A DNA stretch of 64,000 nt from Octopus bimaculoides (taxonomy: Eukaryota): contig NC_068986.1 in assembly GCF_001194135.2 (NCBI RefSeq), positions 23,700,851 through 23,764,850 on the forward strand. Direction: 5' to 3'. The translations under genes were made by a program, and so were the position numbers. The notes under the pieces are model-generated. The model was not told the DNA's origin. It did not search any database and worked only from the letters and a program-made list of their open reading frames with translations. Positions 39,798 to 53,899 of this stretch are shown in pieces; within the stretch, counting starts at the first letter, position 1, and every line of letters starts with the position of its first letter.

Positions 39798-42700
39798 TTA
39801 AGGGTAACGTTATGACGATTGACAAAATTCAAAGAATACTTTCGTTTTGCCCTCCTAAATTCTAAAATGGAGTCCTGAAATTGTTGAATTTGTCATCAAC
39901 GCGGGGTCGACGAAATATGTACCAGCCAAATACACGGACCCACTTAATCGATAATATTTCATCATGTAGAAATAAACAGGCGAACGTTTGCTTCTATGCG
40001 AAGAGTTAAATTTTGAGAACGGAAGATTAATGGAAACAGTAACAGCTACGATTTAGTGTCCTAATACAACAATTCACTCTGAATTGAATAAGCTTTTTGA
40101 CCCTTAAATATGTTCCCCTACTTTGCATTATAAAATGATTTTGTCTCAAGGGGAAAGAATTCATTAAATATATTAACTTATTATATTAAACTCTGAACAA
40201 TTGCTTTAAACAGTTTCTTGTATAAAGATCGATGTGAAATACTTTTGTTGATATATTTGCAAACATTCAACCAAGCTATATTGATATCTCGGGTTTCATT
40301 AAGCAACTACATTTTCTCATTATTTATTTATTAAAAGAAAGCAAACAAAGAAATAAGACATTTGCTATATTTAAGCTGTAATTAGACAGACTAAATTTAG
40401 TTCTGTAATAATCACTTCTGAAACGACTCAAAAGATATTACAACCAGCTATTTTAAACAATCACTGATGTTTGAATTCTTTTTCTTTCTCGATATGTTTT
40501 TATGTGTTTGTGTGGTAGGTATCCTTTCTTTTCTTTTATTAAGCTATTGTGTTTTCCCCCCAACATTATCAGGTTAATAAATCTTCAAATGTGTCTCTGA
40601 ACTGATAACGACTTCGATAATAGACAAACTATTTTCCCCATTGATATAAGATAATTTTAATCGTATAGATATTCTGAAATTCAAAGAACAGAAATGCTTC
40701 GTATTTCCTGTTTCAATACACGGCAAGATGTATTACCAAGGAAATCTTGAAACATAAATAAAAGTAATAATTATCATAAAAATCACTTATTTATGGACAG
40801 GAAAATATGTTACACTTGTCTGTTTTAAATAATGGCTACATATATTACAGACAACATTTCTTAGTAATCAATTATACAGACAGATCGAAGAAAATCTATT
40901 TTCGTTCATTTTATCCCGAACTTTATCAATAGAATTGTAGTGTTTAAAATATTTTGGCCTAATGTATTTTGAGTGTCAATGAAGAGTGTTTATGTCTTTT
41001 TAAGTCACCTGTTCGTGATATTCAATGTGAATTAGGTGCACAATTATATAACTGTCGGCTAAAATATTTCCTTAGTTGATTTCTTCTTATCGTTATTATT
41101 TAGATATTAATAGGAAATAGGAATTCGGAAGTTAAGCCATCCTTTCATTGTTATTACTTTTTAATACTAACGTGTACTTTCGTACATATATATTTCATAA
41201 CAGTAAATCCATCTCCTCTCTGCTTTTCATGGAGATTAACAAATGGGTTAAATATGAAACGAATGTTTATGACATTCGCAGTTGTATAAATCTGCAGGTC
41301 AGAGAAAATCTGGGCGAGAAAGGAATCCTTTGATTTCTTTTATGTACAGCATTGCAGTGATCAAATAGATAAAGTGTGAACCTTCACCTCATGCCTCCAG
41401 AGATTATGTGTAGTTATTGTAGCCGCGGTGTATCTTTTCGTTAAAGCATTGAACAATTCATACTTCATCTTATCTTACCATAAATTATGTGTCAAAAGTG
41501 GACAACTCGTATAGAGCGGTAGAATTCTCTCGAAATAAACGAGGTTTTCGATGGTTTATAGTTTTAATATCGTAACATGCCTATGTTAGCACAGAATTTA
41601 ATATGCCGGTAGAAATAGCCGTTGCCAGGCTGTAAAATATCTATACAAACGCTTTATTAGGGGTAAAGGAACTTTTGATTTATGCATTTCAGGAAAAAAA
41701 AAAATCGCCCGTCTTATCATTCTTTCAATATTTTAATAGTTGCCGTTCATTCTCTTTGTTCGTCAGCCTGTGTTTTCATTGGATACATTTATTTGATAAA
41801 CACTCTCTTAGACTTAAACATTATATACATCAGCTTCTCCACGTAGTTCATTTATATAACTGATGCGTCTTTTTGCATGACGTCATTATCCTTTACATTT
41901 CCTTCGACTTTCACATGTCTCATCAAGTTACGATAGAGATTTAGATTTAATCGCATGCGATAAGATTTTATAGCATTTCTCACTTTATCTTACTCAAACC
42001 AAATACTACGCAGTGAGAACAAAACATTCAAACGAAAGCTATAGTTATAATAAAGATGCACCATTAATTCGGCTTTTCTTTTCGTCACCTCAACCTACAT
42101 AATCTATGAAAAGACACGAGGGCTAATGGTTAAGCAACTGGGATCTCGAATATCTGACAGGAGGGTGCGTGGTCCCTCTAGTCTATTCAGCTGACACAAT
42201 GTATGTCAAGAGTGACATGGAAGGGTGTGGAAATATTTTTAGAAATATTTTTACGGTCAACAGCACATAAACCATACCTCATTTGAAATTTTTTTTGTGA
42301 ATTTAATTGCTGCATATCAAATCATGCATTGACATAGTTCTGAACGTGTTTGGTGATGCCTGTAAAATAACAAAATATAAAAGAAAGCATACATACGGAG
42401 ATTGCTCTCATTGAGAAGTTAATTTAATAGAGAAAAATAAAGGACATATAATCTGTTAGTTCTTAGCAGAAGAATTATGAAAGAGGCTACTCTTTTGAAT
42501 CACAAATATGAGGCTACTGAGCATTATCATGCTAGGGAAGCTATTATTTGAGATGTTCTTTTTATCCATAAGTATGAATTTTATAATTCTTACTTCACTA
42601 AAACTATTTGACCATTTAATTAGAGATACGCCAAAAAGGCCGCGATCTGGCAGATTCATTTGAGCGGAGACAAAGGCTTCACGATATTTTTTTTGGCTCT

Positions 42701-43637
42701 GTAAGTTTTGTGATCGAATCCATCTTTGATTTTTATCTCTGTCGATCAATAATTACAATACCAGTGAAGTACTAGGGTAGATATCATCGATTGAATCCTC
42801 TGTCATTCAGTAACCAATTGACAAAATATTCATTACTTACGTATAAACCGGAATAGAAATTTCGTGGGGAGAAAAACACACAATCATATCGATCTCAGTA
42901 TTTCATTGGTATTAATTTCATAGTTTATAGTGATGCGGGTAAATATCTCAAGCCATTTTGTCCGACAGTGTCACTTCTCTCACACTACCACCGTTGTTAG
43001 GGATATGACAATTGCTTCTAATATAGCGTCAAGACTACATTTGTTGGAAGGGGGTCAATCGATTTAATTAACCTTAGCAATTGTTCGCTACTTACTTCAT
43101 GGTTAAAGGAATATTAGTTACTAACGCACTCTTCCTCTTCTAGTTAATTTTCATTACATGTTAAGTTGCATGTATGATTCAAGAACGCATTACGTTACTT
43201 TATTTAACGAAATATAATACAACGGCCAATAGAATAAAACATTTGAATCAGGCATCTCTAATTAAATATGATTCTTTACAAAACTTGATAAAAATTTCCT
43301 AAAATGTCACAAGAATACTTAGTTAAAGATTGGGGAAATAGAATTAATTGAAAGAACAAATGTATATATTTCACAGGAATGAAATATAAACTGGGATGCG
43401 AACACAAAGATGACGATAGTATTCGAACTTAAAACGCTGATTATCATTTTGGCAGATGGTGTAACGTTTCTTTGATTTAACTGTAACAATCCTCAGCATG
43501 ATAAAAAGTTTTTCTATTTTTCGTTAATTTTTTTTCGCCAGTCATCACTCACAGCTCACTTTAATATAAATGATAAAGCATCCTTCTCGAGTCCTATGGA
43601 CTCATAAGGTCCGTTTACCTGGTTTCCGCGGCGTGTA

Positions 43638-45202
43638 TACAGACTTGGACAAAATTATGGAGCAGATGTGAAAAATAAAGACTACGATTGAAAATGATTT
43701 ACTTAATAATTGAAAACAGTACAGTAAACATTTTAGAGTCTATACTATCAATAATTAGCATTCGACTTATCCTAATTTTGCTTTTATAACCGCTTTTACG
43801 CGTCTTTGCATACTTGAGACTAAGATGGTGCAAGTGACTGGGTCAATTGTCTGCCGCTCATTGTGGCAATTTTCTGCCACTCACGAAGTGAATAACTTAT
43901 GAATAACTTATTGGTGTTTAATATTTGTTGAAAATGTCTCCGAAGTAACAAATTCCTGACGTTCAAAGTGCTCAAATCATTGCATTATTCTGTGAAGGAT
44001 TTTCTTAAGTTGAAATTGCAAGGAAATTGAAATGCTAGAGGGAAGGTGTCCAAACAACCATAAAAATTTCAGTGAGACCAATTCTTTCAAATACTGTAAG
44101 GGACGAGGTCGCAAATTATACAACCATGAGCGAAGACAGGTTGCTGAGAGGACATCTCTGGCCGATAGAAAAAATACCTTTTCTGATTTAACTGTTGTGT
44201 TTCGGGTTGCAACAACCAAAGAGATGTCTACTCGCTCAGTGAGGAGGTTGTTATAAGGTAGGCTCAAAGGATGTACTGTCAGAAAGAAACCGTATCTCTC
44301 TCTGAGATGAACATGAAGAAGTGATTGTCTTGGGAAAAAGAGAATGAAGATTGGACTGATGGTGTTTGGGCTAAAGTTGTTTGGTCTGTTGAAAGTAACT
44401 TTGAGGTAGGTTCTCCATATTCATTTCCACCACTGTTCTAGACGTAATTGAAATTCTCACGCTTGTACAAAAATGAACCCCTGGAGTTGTTTATATTCAC
44501 CGTAGAGTAGGAGAGGCTTATCCTGGATGTGTGGTGTCAACAGTCAAATTTGGAGGAGAAGGCGTAATGGTTTGGGGCTGCATGTCATCTCCAGGCCTCG
44601 GAATGTTGTTCATTTGTGAGGGCAGAATGAATTCAAACACTTACACCAGCATGTTAAATCAAGTTTGTCAACCTTCCTTCGCTAAAATTTTCAATTATAA
44701 CATCTCAGACTGAAATCTTTCAACAAGACAACGCTCCGTGCCACACATCCAACGTCTCAATGGGTTGGTTCGAGGAGAAAGGAATGAGGATGATGAAATG
44801 GTTCCCTCAGTCTCCAGATCTCAAACCCATTGAGCATTTGTGGTAACACTTAGGTACAAGAGTGAGGGTGCATATTTTTGGACCTTCTAATGTGAACTTA
44901 GAAGAGATTTAGGTTTATGCTGTGAGGCAGTAATTAACTATATAGATTTTTAGTGAGTTAGAATCCAAAATTCATGAAGCGCAGCAGAAAATTGACCCAG
45001 ACACTTGTGCCAACTTAGTCTCAAGTATGAAAAAACACATAAAATTAGTTATAAAAAGGAAAAGGAGGACAAATGAAATACTAATTATTGATAGGACAGA
45101 CTCTAGAATGTTTATTATACTGCTTTCGATTATTAAGTAAATGAGTTTCAATCCTATTATATATTATTTCATACCTGCTTCATAATTTTGGCCAAGGCTG
45201 TG
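43638..45202 (+). mobile_element. Full-length but inactivated Tc1 transposon
   Basis: Long imperfect TIRs, TA TSD (43636-37, 45203-04); motifs WSVES (first D lost), STVKFGGEGVMVWGCMS, FQQDNAPCH, PQSPDLKPIEHLW, GGQMKY*; stops, frameshifts and two insertions. Confidence 0.95.
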
Positions 45203-46959
45203 TATTTACCAACTAGACGGGACTGGAGCTACGTGAAATAAAATGTTTTGCTCAAGAACATAACACCTCGCCTGCTCCGGAAACTGACCTCACAATCTGA
45301 TAATTATGAATCCAACATCCTAAGCATTAAGCCACACGCCCCAACAATGCAACTGGTTTTACAACAACCAATAGAAACGGGGATTTACAATATACATATA
45401 TTCACAGCGTACATACCATCTCTTACTTTAATGCAATAGCAAAGTAATGTCAGTGTCACGTGGCATTGAAGTGTTTATTGAACCTTCCTACGTTAAAAGT
45501 TGAATGTGTCCAATGGCACAAAATGTAACCCTTAAAAGTGTGATAACCAAGCCAACAAAATTGAATTTTACACACAAACGCCCCCCCCCGCCCCNNNNNN
45601 NNNNNNNNNNNNNNNNNNCACATACACCATCAAAAAAGGTTCTGATGAGTTTTCAGAGATACAAGTTTCCTTATAGACATTTAAACAGACATTTATGTAT
45701 TAATATGTGTCACTGTTATAAGCAGAGACACAGTAAACTTTGTAAGGCTTTATAGTTTTATACTTTAAATACTCCAAATACACGATCAGAAGTGAAGTAG
45801 CATTTTAACGATCTGCGAAACTACACCACATTTCTAGACATGTTTTTGGACCGTCTAATGTGAATTTAGTAGAGATTTAGGTTTATGCTATGAGGCAGTA
45901 ATTAACTATATAGATTTTTAGTAACTACATGTATGGCGTCAAACCAACATAATTAATTTGAGCGAATTAACTAATGTACCATATAATTTGTAATTTCAAT
46001 TTTGTTAATATTTTTATTAGGAGAATGCCACAAATGAATTAAGAACGTCTAACATTTATCATTGCCAGCACTAAATATTAATTAATTAAACCTTATATGC
46101 CATGCCACGAAAATGATGGAATAATTTTCATGAAACCAAAATAAATAAATAGATAAATAAATAAAACAAAAAAGTTTAATAAATTTGTTTCAAATGAGAC
46201 AAAATTTGTTTTTGTATGAATATTTTTAAAACTATGTAATTTTAATTTCGTAATAAATTGAAGTGGAAATAGTATGAATTTATTTTGCTTTGTTGACTTT
46301 AATACGTGTGATTTGACTTCACCTTAAGCAATATCATCTTAAACTGACTTTGTATTTTTAACTTTCTAATAAGTTTGCCTAAATTCAAGAATGATATTAC
46401 CGGAATTAAAATATTGAATATAAACAGAATCATAAACAAGAACAGCAAACAACGTCAAAAACGAAACTAACAAATGACCAAGATTAGCTTGGAAATATAA
46501 AACACGTGCTGATGTTACCATAACACCATTTTTATAAACACTGTAACATCAGAGTTAATTTGGAGTGAATGTTTTGTTCTTGTAATTGATACGGCTTCCT
46601 GTAACGTACACGATTAGTTACGGTATTTAACACTGAGAACTATCACACGTTAAACATGTTTATCATTAATATTAATAAAATATCATCACTGACATTGATA
46701 AATAGCGTTTTTTTTTTGTTATTTGTAAACGAATTATAAGGAATTGAATACAAATCTTGTATCCATAATAATGAGGATGTTATACAACCAAATTATTCCG
46801 TTCTGAAGTAGTGTTGTCGCATTGTCCTCTGACGATTTACGACATGCGCAAAAGTCTATATATCTCATTGAAGAGATATGTAATTATAAGATCATAACAT
46901 TTTACTTTTCATTTCGAAGACAGACGAGATATAAAATGATGCAACTAGTAATATATCGC

Positions 46960-47284
46960 GGCCCTCCGTCAATTACGACGACGAGGTTTCCAGTTGATCC
47001 CTTGAATGTAACAGCCTGCTCGTGAAATTAACGTGCAAGTGGCCGAGCAATCAGCGTGACACAGAGTGTGATAAGGCCTTTGAAATACAGGTTCCACAGA
47101 AACGGGAAGAAAGAGTGAGAGAAAATTATGGCGAAAAAGTACAGCAGAGTTCGCAACCACTCCCTGCCGAGGCCTCATGATGTGTTTCCACTGAATAAAC
47201 ACTCAAAACGCCCGTTCTGGGAATCGGAACCGCGATCCTACGACCTCGAGCCTGCTATCCTAACCACTGGGCCATCGCGTCTCC
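46960..47284 (-). mobile_element. SINE group B with internal deletion
   Basis: Reverse complement of the GGAGxCGCxATGGCCCAGTGGTTAG head and the tail seen at 10209 and 53518. Confidence 0.85.
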
Positions 47285-47305
47285 ACAGTAATACATATGT
47301 GTTAA

Positions 47306-47340
<35 letters not shown>

Positions 47341-47384
47341 TGTGCAAGTGGCTGAGCAATCAGCGTGACATTGGCTCCCTCCCA

Positions 47385-47417
<33 letters not shown>

Positions 47418-47419
47418 GT

Positions 47420-47615
47420 GTGCGTGTGTGTGTATTATATTTGACACCCATCATTGCTTGACAACCAATGTTAGTTAAATTGCGTCTTTGCAAATTATGG
47501 ATTCGGCAAAAGAGATCGATAGAATAAATACCAAGCCCAAAAATGAGTATCGGAGTTCGATTACACACTTTAAGGCGGTGCCCCTGCATGATCACAATCC
47601 CTTGACTTAAACAGA
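47420..47615 (+). mobile_element. 3' half of SINE group C, diverged
   Basis: Matches 22800-22990. Confidence 0.7.
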
Positions 47616-47754
47616 AACCAAAAAGATATTCATGCGTACCTAACTAAAGGGAAATGATTTCCTCCATGAATAAAATTCTCATAGCACCACTAACTAAAGA
47701 GAAAGCAGCTGTGTGATACGTTGACTTAAAGAGCCGTAATATTTCTTTTACCTC

Positions 47755-47968
47755 AAGGCTGCGAGCTGGGAGAAACGTTAGCACGCTGGGCGAAATGCTT
47801 ACCGATATTTCGTCTGCCTTTACGTTCTGAGTTCAAACTCCGGCGAAGTCGACTTTGCCTTTTATCCTTTCGGGGTTGATAAATTAAGTACCAGTTGCGT
47901 AACCGGGTAGATCTAATGGACTGGCTCACTCGCACAAGATTTCAGGCCTTGTGCCTAGAGTAGAAACG
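47755..47968 (+). mobile_element. SINE group A
   Basis: Shared head, B-box and tail. Confidence 0.9.
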
Positions 47969-50802
47969 AATATTTGTTTTACGTTATACACTAATTTTTC
48001 TATAAGGGAGTCGCAGACTGCGTAATGATATACTAGATATTTATGTCTGAAGAAAAGACGGATCATTGGAATAAACGGGAAACAGAGGTCTATTACTGTT
48101 TTGTTCTTAATTCAAATACCACTCAAACCAATTTACTGTTAGTTCTTCCAGGGCAAATGAAATAAGTCCTGTTTGGTGTTCGTTATTGCAACAGTCAAAT
48201 ATTAACAAATTTATGATCAAAAGTACCGTTTTGTTTACTAACACTATATCATTTGAAAGAGAAATTTGTCTGCTACTCCTAACTGATAAAGTGTCTGAAT
48301 AAATACAACAAGTGATGGAGAGTGGATGTAATATACTCACCCACTTCTATCTTAACAATTACGTTCTGCAACAAAATTTGTGAGAATCATGTTGATTTGA
48401 TAGCGAAGAAGTAATGCGTTTGTAACACGTACTGGAAAAAGCGTGGCAGCATTTCTCAGACATGCTCTTTATTATGGTCTGATTGCTAGGGATTGCTTAT
48501 TTATTTATATATTTATAGTAATGAAGACACCTGACTTAGTGGGATTGCTTCTTGGGTCGAGCGACGGGTTGTGTCCTTGAAAAAGACGTTTCATTTGATG
48601 CTGGTCCAGCCTTCACAACACAAACTACCAGTGCAGACCTTGTCACCCTCCAACTATTACATCATCAATATTCCTCTATTTCAAGAAGGAAGAGGCTGGA
48701 AACCTATCTATTTCGGGTCGTGATTGCGCAGCAACTTACAATAATTCGTACAACGATTGTGTATGCTACGAGGTCGCAGTAAATGTCAAGTGACGACTAT
48801 AGTTTCGTTTATTATGGGCTATTTCATGCAAGAGATTGTCATCAACGTTGGTTACAACGGGACAACCATCATTTCGATACATTACTGATGAGGAGAAGAC
48901 GAGAGTGACATGGGAAGGGCGGTAACTCGCTACAGAAGCAATATCAAATATTCATTTGAGGGCATTGCACGTGTATACACAACCCTGGCCCCCACGCGCG
49001 AATATATAAACTATGGGCATGCAGTTTCTGTGTACTAAAATTGGTCAAATCGAAACTATCATAGAAAACATTCGCACAATGGGATAGAACGCAGAACTAC
49101 GTGATTACATTGCGATCTTCTAAAGCAACCGACTATATTTACTTTCATGTTATAACGTTTAAAAGTAATTAACGAACCAATCACATATGGAATACTAAAC
49201 CGTTAGGTAAATATTAATTTATTTGTGTGCTAAAATGAATTAACATATCATTTTACTTGGCATTACTTGCTGAACAGAAATTTGGATTCGAAACAATTCT
49301 GAACGATACTTCACTTCGAGATTTCCATATTGTTATATTTAAACATTTTCCTCCATACTTATTTTCCATTTATTTAAACAGGGAGAAATTTTATTGTAAT
49401 TCTGTTGTTATTTCATTAAATTTTACATTCCGAACTTCTATTACGATAATACTTTGCTTCTAGGCCACATAGCTCTTATTTTTAGGACATTGCTTCCAAT
49501 TTGTTGACCAATAATTCACTCGGCGACTGGTCTTTGTTATCTTTTAATGTTTCTTCGCTGCTGACTGTAATTCCGAAAGATTATATCTTTAATTCTAGAT
49601 TTACAACTAATTTCTTGACTTACACATTTATAAGAACTTCATTTCTTTAAACTACAGACATTAGATACAGTGAAAGATTTTAAAACGTTTTTACTTTTGT
49701 TGCCTGAAACTCTATTTCGTTAGATTATGTTCGTTGATGAATAATGGAGAAGAGAAAGCTAAAATGTAGAAAATAACATATAGAAGTGAAATAAGTATAA
49801 AATAAAGTATAATGTAATAAATGACGTGAAAGAAACTTCGAAAACGAGTGTATGAATCTGAGTGTAATTTACTGAAATGAACAAGAACCACAACAACAGT
49901 AACATCAACCACAACAACAACAAGTATTGAAATGCAACGAACATCTACTGAATTGTTTGTTCCTCGTATGCTTTTTACTGAAAGTAATGATTACGAAGCC
50001 ATTCGAAACATATTAAGGGTTTCTTTTATATATTTTGTTACTTTTTATTATTATTATGCTGTATTATGAGTTGGTTTATTCTTCAGTAAAAATTGGTTCA
50101 TCAACAAGTAATCATTTCTTAGCAGAAATACAAGGAACTGAGTTTTCAAATTTTATTATGGTTAGTCTACTTTGTATTCCGTGTAGAAGTATATTAGCTG
50201 AAGAAAATTAATGTTTTATTATCATTCTGATCATGTATAATACTCATCTGCGAGAAGAATGTTTTAGTAATGTGATCTGTAGACAGATTTACATAACGTA
50301 ATTTGGTTGCTCTGTAACAACAAATGACGGTGACAAATGCAGCTAAGAATGCGTATCATCAGTTCAATGCTATGTTGAAATCTATGAATAAAAGTCATAT
50401 AAATTGATATCTACCTACCTCTTTGATAGCAGCAGATAAAGAACTCGGTAGCGATACTGGAAATACACTGAAGGCAGGAATTCAGCACACAGTTACTTGC
50501 AACGTATTATGTACTGCTAAAGATCTCTGACGCTGTTAAAGGTTCAGTTTATGCGGTCGTAAAAATGTAATTTAGTCAGAGAAATTTTATCCCTGTCAAT
50601 ATTTGTTTCTAGCATAGCATGAGAAAAACAATATCGGATATCACCTCCGGTTGCTGACTGATACTTTCTTTTAATGGGCTAACAAAGAGGGATGACATTG
50701 TTAACCTCGGCAGGATTTGAACTCAGAACATAAGTAGCTAGATAAAATAAAGCAAGGTGATATAACGATTCTGATAAATAATAAATGCTCAGCTTATTTA
50801 AT

Positions 50803-50813
50803 CATCATCACCC

Positions 50814-50850
<37 letters not shown>

Positions 50851-50882
50851 ATTATTATTATTATTATTGTTGTTGTTGTTGA
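50803..50882. repeat. Compound microsatellite (CAT)n(TAT)n(TGT)n
   Basis: Visible arrays in series. Confidence 0.9.
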
Positions 50883-52300
50883 TATTGATATTTAAAGGAC
50901 TGAGGTAACTCCTCCAGAAGATATAGAAGGAAAAATAGAAGAGGGAATTAAAGTATTTTGCTTAAGAACACAAAGTATCGCCTGGTCCAAGAATCGAAAG
51001 AACAATTTCATGATCATGAGTTGCACAACTTAACCACTGAATCACGTGTTTCCGCTTGTGCAAATCACTCGAACCATATATTTCGCCTTATTATTAATGT
51101 TGTTGTTGTTACTTTGTACACCCGAGCGTCCAAAAATCTTATTGCTTGGTTTTGCACGGATTTATCTTCTACAAAATGCATTGCTTTTAAAGAATGTCAT
51201 TAAATTTAGGTGAGGAAGCGAAGAGATCATCACATGTTCAGGACTTCTGTAATTGGTGCAAGGAAGGAGAAAATTTATCCTCGGTGCGACAGTGTCTGAA
51301 TGCTTGCACCACAATATTTTTCTTTTAGGCCACTCAAGAACAATTTACATATGTTAAACCAAATAACATAATGCATCAGTCAACCAGAAGCAAGTATAAT
51401 TAATTCAATACGTTTTACACAGTTTTCATCTACCAAATTTAAGTTACAATGTTTTGAGCAATACAAGAGTATAACAGAAGACACTTGTTTGTGGCACTGC
51501 ACAGTGAGAATTGAACGCACATGCACGCAGTTGCGAAGCAAATTTTGTAACCACACAGTCACACGTGAGCCCATAGTGCCTCGTGGCATATGCATATCTC
51601 ATATTACAATACAATCCTTAATAGAGACACGCCAATATATAGTTAAAACAAGGCTTTTCATACATTATATAACTTGGAGGTTTCAAAACATTGCCGTAAC
51701 ACAGGATTACGCAAAAAGGAGTAATCCCAACGACGGATCTGCGTCCCGTCCCTGCACGTAACGAGGTTTTTCAGCAACCCAGAATAATTACTGGTACACG
51801 CATTACTGATAATCTACATTGGTAATTTTATCGGTGGAAACCTTTCATATCAGCCTTAACTAACAAGATCTTTATAGAAAATTTTAGCTTTCGCTTGAAT
51901 CACATTAATGTTTATCGGCACCTTGCGTTCTGTCTGTCTGATCATGATCCACTTAGAAAAGTGCTGCTACATTTTAATCATCATTTTAGAACTTAAAAAA
52001 AAAAACGAGAAAATCAATGTTGGAGTAATTAACAGAGTAACTATTTGAACGCTCGAACTAATTTTGTCTTTATTGCCACGTTTGCAAGTGTAAGTGCTTT
52101 TGAAGATGACTGAATTTTTCTGCCGCATTAAATGTTTGTAAAACTTCACGTTCTACACACAGTGTAGTATTTTTTCGACTACAATTTGCGCTGCTGGTTT
52201 TACTTTGAATTGGTGGTGACTTTGCAGCTTATTTAACAAAAGCAGCACAAGGTATCTAATGCACACATAATATATATGTGTTAGTAGTTAAATTCAATGT

Positions 52301-52600
52301 GGAGGCGCAATGACTCAATGGTTAGGGCAGAGGATTCGCGGTTTCGATTTGCAGACCGGGCGTTGTGTGTGTTTATTGAGCGAAAATACCTAAAGCTCTA
52401 TGAAGCTCAGGCAAGAGGTGGTGGCGACCCCTGTTGTACTCTTTCGCCGCAACGTTCTCTCACTCTTTCTTCCTGTTTCTTGAGTAACGCTGCGATGGAC
52501 TGGCGTCCAGTTCAGCTGGGGGGAACACATACGCCATAGAAACCGGGAAACCGGCCCATGAGCTTGGATAGGCTTGAAAAGAGCGCATAAATAAAAAAAA
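52301..52600 (+). mobile_element. SINE with group B head, alternative tail, A-rich end and 13-bp TSD
   Basis: TSD agttaaattcaat at 52286-52298 and 52601-52613. Confidence 0.9.
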
Positions 52601-52668
52601 AGTTAAATTCAATATTCGTCGCGTTCGAGAAGGAACCCCATATCAAATATTAGCCTGCCGTAGCCTAG

Positions 52669-53027
52669 TTACCTCCGCCTTCGCTAAATCGGAGGTATTG
52701 TTTTTCAGTCATGTTTGTTTGTTTGACCGTTGGCAAGATATTTCAAGAACCGCTTCATGGATTCGGATGAAATTTTTAGGGATGTTTGGCTTCGTGACTG
52801 GCACGAACTGATTAGATTTTGGGATCAATCCTGTTTCGGAGAAGGATTCTCGATAATTTTTCCTGTTTTGTTTTTGAGAGAGGTCGTGTTCATTCTTAGT
52901 ATTCTCGTTTGTGAGAACAGTCGAGTTTATTTAAGTTATTCTCATATTACAAATCATCCCCGATTAATCGTTGAGAGTACGTCGGTGTTGACTTGGCGGA
53001 AGTTTGCACTCTTTGAGTGCTCTTGTT
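52669..53027 (+). mobile_element. Non-autonomous DNA element resembling Crypton-type repeats
   Basis: Starts TTACCTCCGCC...GGAGGTATTGTTTT, contains GGATGAAATTTT and TGATTAGATTTTGGGATC, ends TTGGCGGAAGTTTGCACTCTTTGAGTGCTCTTGTT. Family label from memory. Confidence 0.6.
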
Positions 53028-53517
53028 AAACGTTAAATTACTTTGTGGGCCAAACGTAGTTATAATTTAAACAAAAACATATCAGTGAGAAAACGTGTTG
53101 CGGGAATGAAGTTGAAAGAACTGTTGGATTAAAATGAAAGAGGGAGAGAAAATATTTACGATTGGTATACGCTCAAAAGTAATAAAACAGCAACCGATGA
53201 AGGAGCAGGTGTATGCTGGGAAATGTGTCGAGATCAAAAAAAAAAACAGCTATATGCACTGAGTATGTGAAGAAGAAAAAACACGTAGGCACTGGAGATA
53301 TTAAAACATGTGTATTCTGATTTTAGATTTTAGAATGCCAAAATTGTGCTGCAGATTGTGTGAGGATTAAATTACGGACCGTATTTAGGAATTTGTGGGT
53401 ATAATTAACAATCTATATAATATATGATCGAGATTCTGTATCGCTTGAGGTGCCGGCATTTACACGATCTTTATGGCACTTTTGCATCATATTTTCGACT
53501 TATTAGTGATTCAAACT

Positions 53518-53899
53518 GGAGGCGCAATGGCCCGTTAGGGCAGCGGACTCGCGGTTGCAGGATCGCGGTTTCGATTCCCATCCCAGGCGTTGTGAGTGTT
53601 TATTGAGCGAAAACACCTAAAGCTCCACGAGTCTCTGGCAGGGGATGGTGGCGAACCCTGCTGTACTCTTTCACCACAACTTTCTCTCACTCTTTCTTCC
53701 TGTTTCTGTTGTGCCTGTAATTCAAAGGGTCAGCCTTGTCACACTGTGTCACGCTGAATATCCCCGAGAACTACGTTAAGGGTACACGTGTCTGTGGAGT
53801 GCTCAGCCACTTGCACGTTAATTTCACGAGCAGGCTTTTCCGTTGATCGGATCAACTGGAACCCTCGACGTCGTAAGCGACGGAGTGCCGACAACAACA
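53518..53899 (+). mobile_element. Full-length SINE group B
   Basis: Colinear with 10209-10566. Confidence 0.92.

Noticed and set aside
48770-48887. HEIAH as a zinc-metalloprotease motif
   Set aside because: No HExxHxxGxxH continuation, the frame stops shortly after, and a short motif is expected by chance.
50300-50530. Coding-like stretch ADKELGSDTGNTLKAGIQHTVTCNV (Ig-like?)
   Set aside because: Interrupted by stops, weak donor, no family motif identified.
51704-51727. Hairpin GGATTAC-10 nt-GTAATCC
   Set aside because: A 7-bp stem is expected by chance in 64 kb and is too short for a miRNA precursor.
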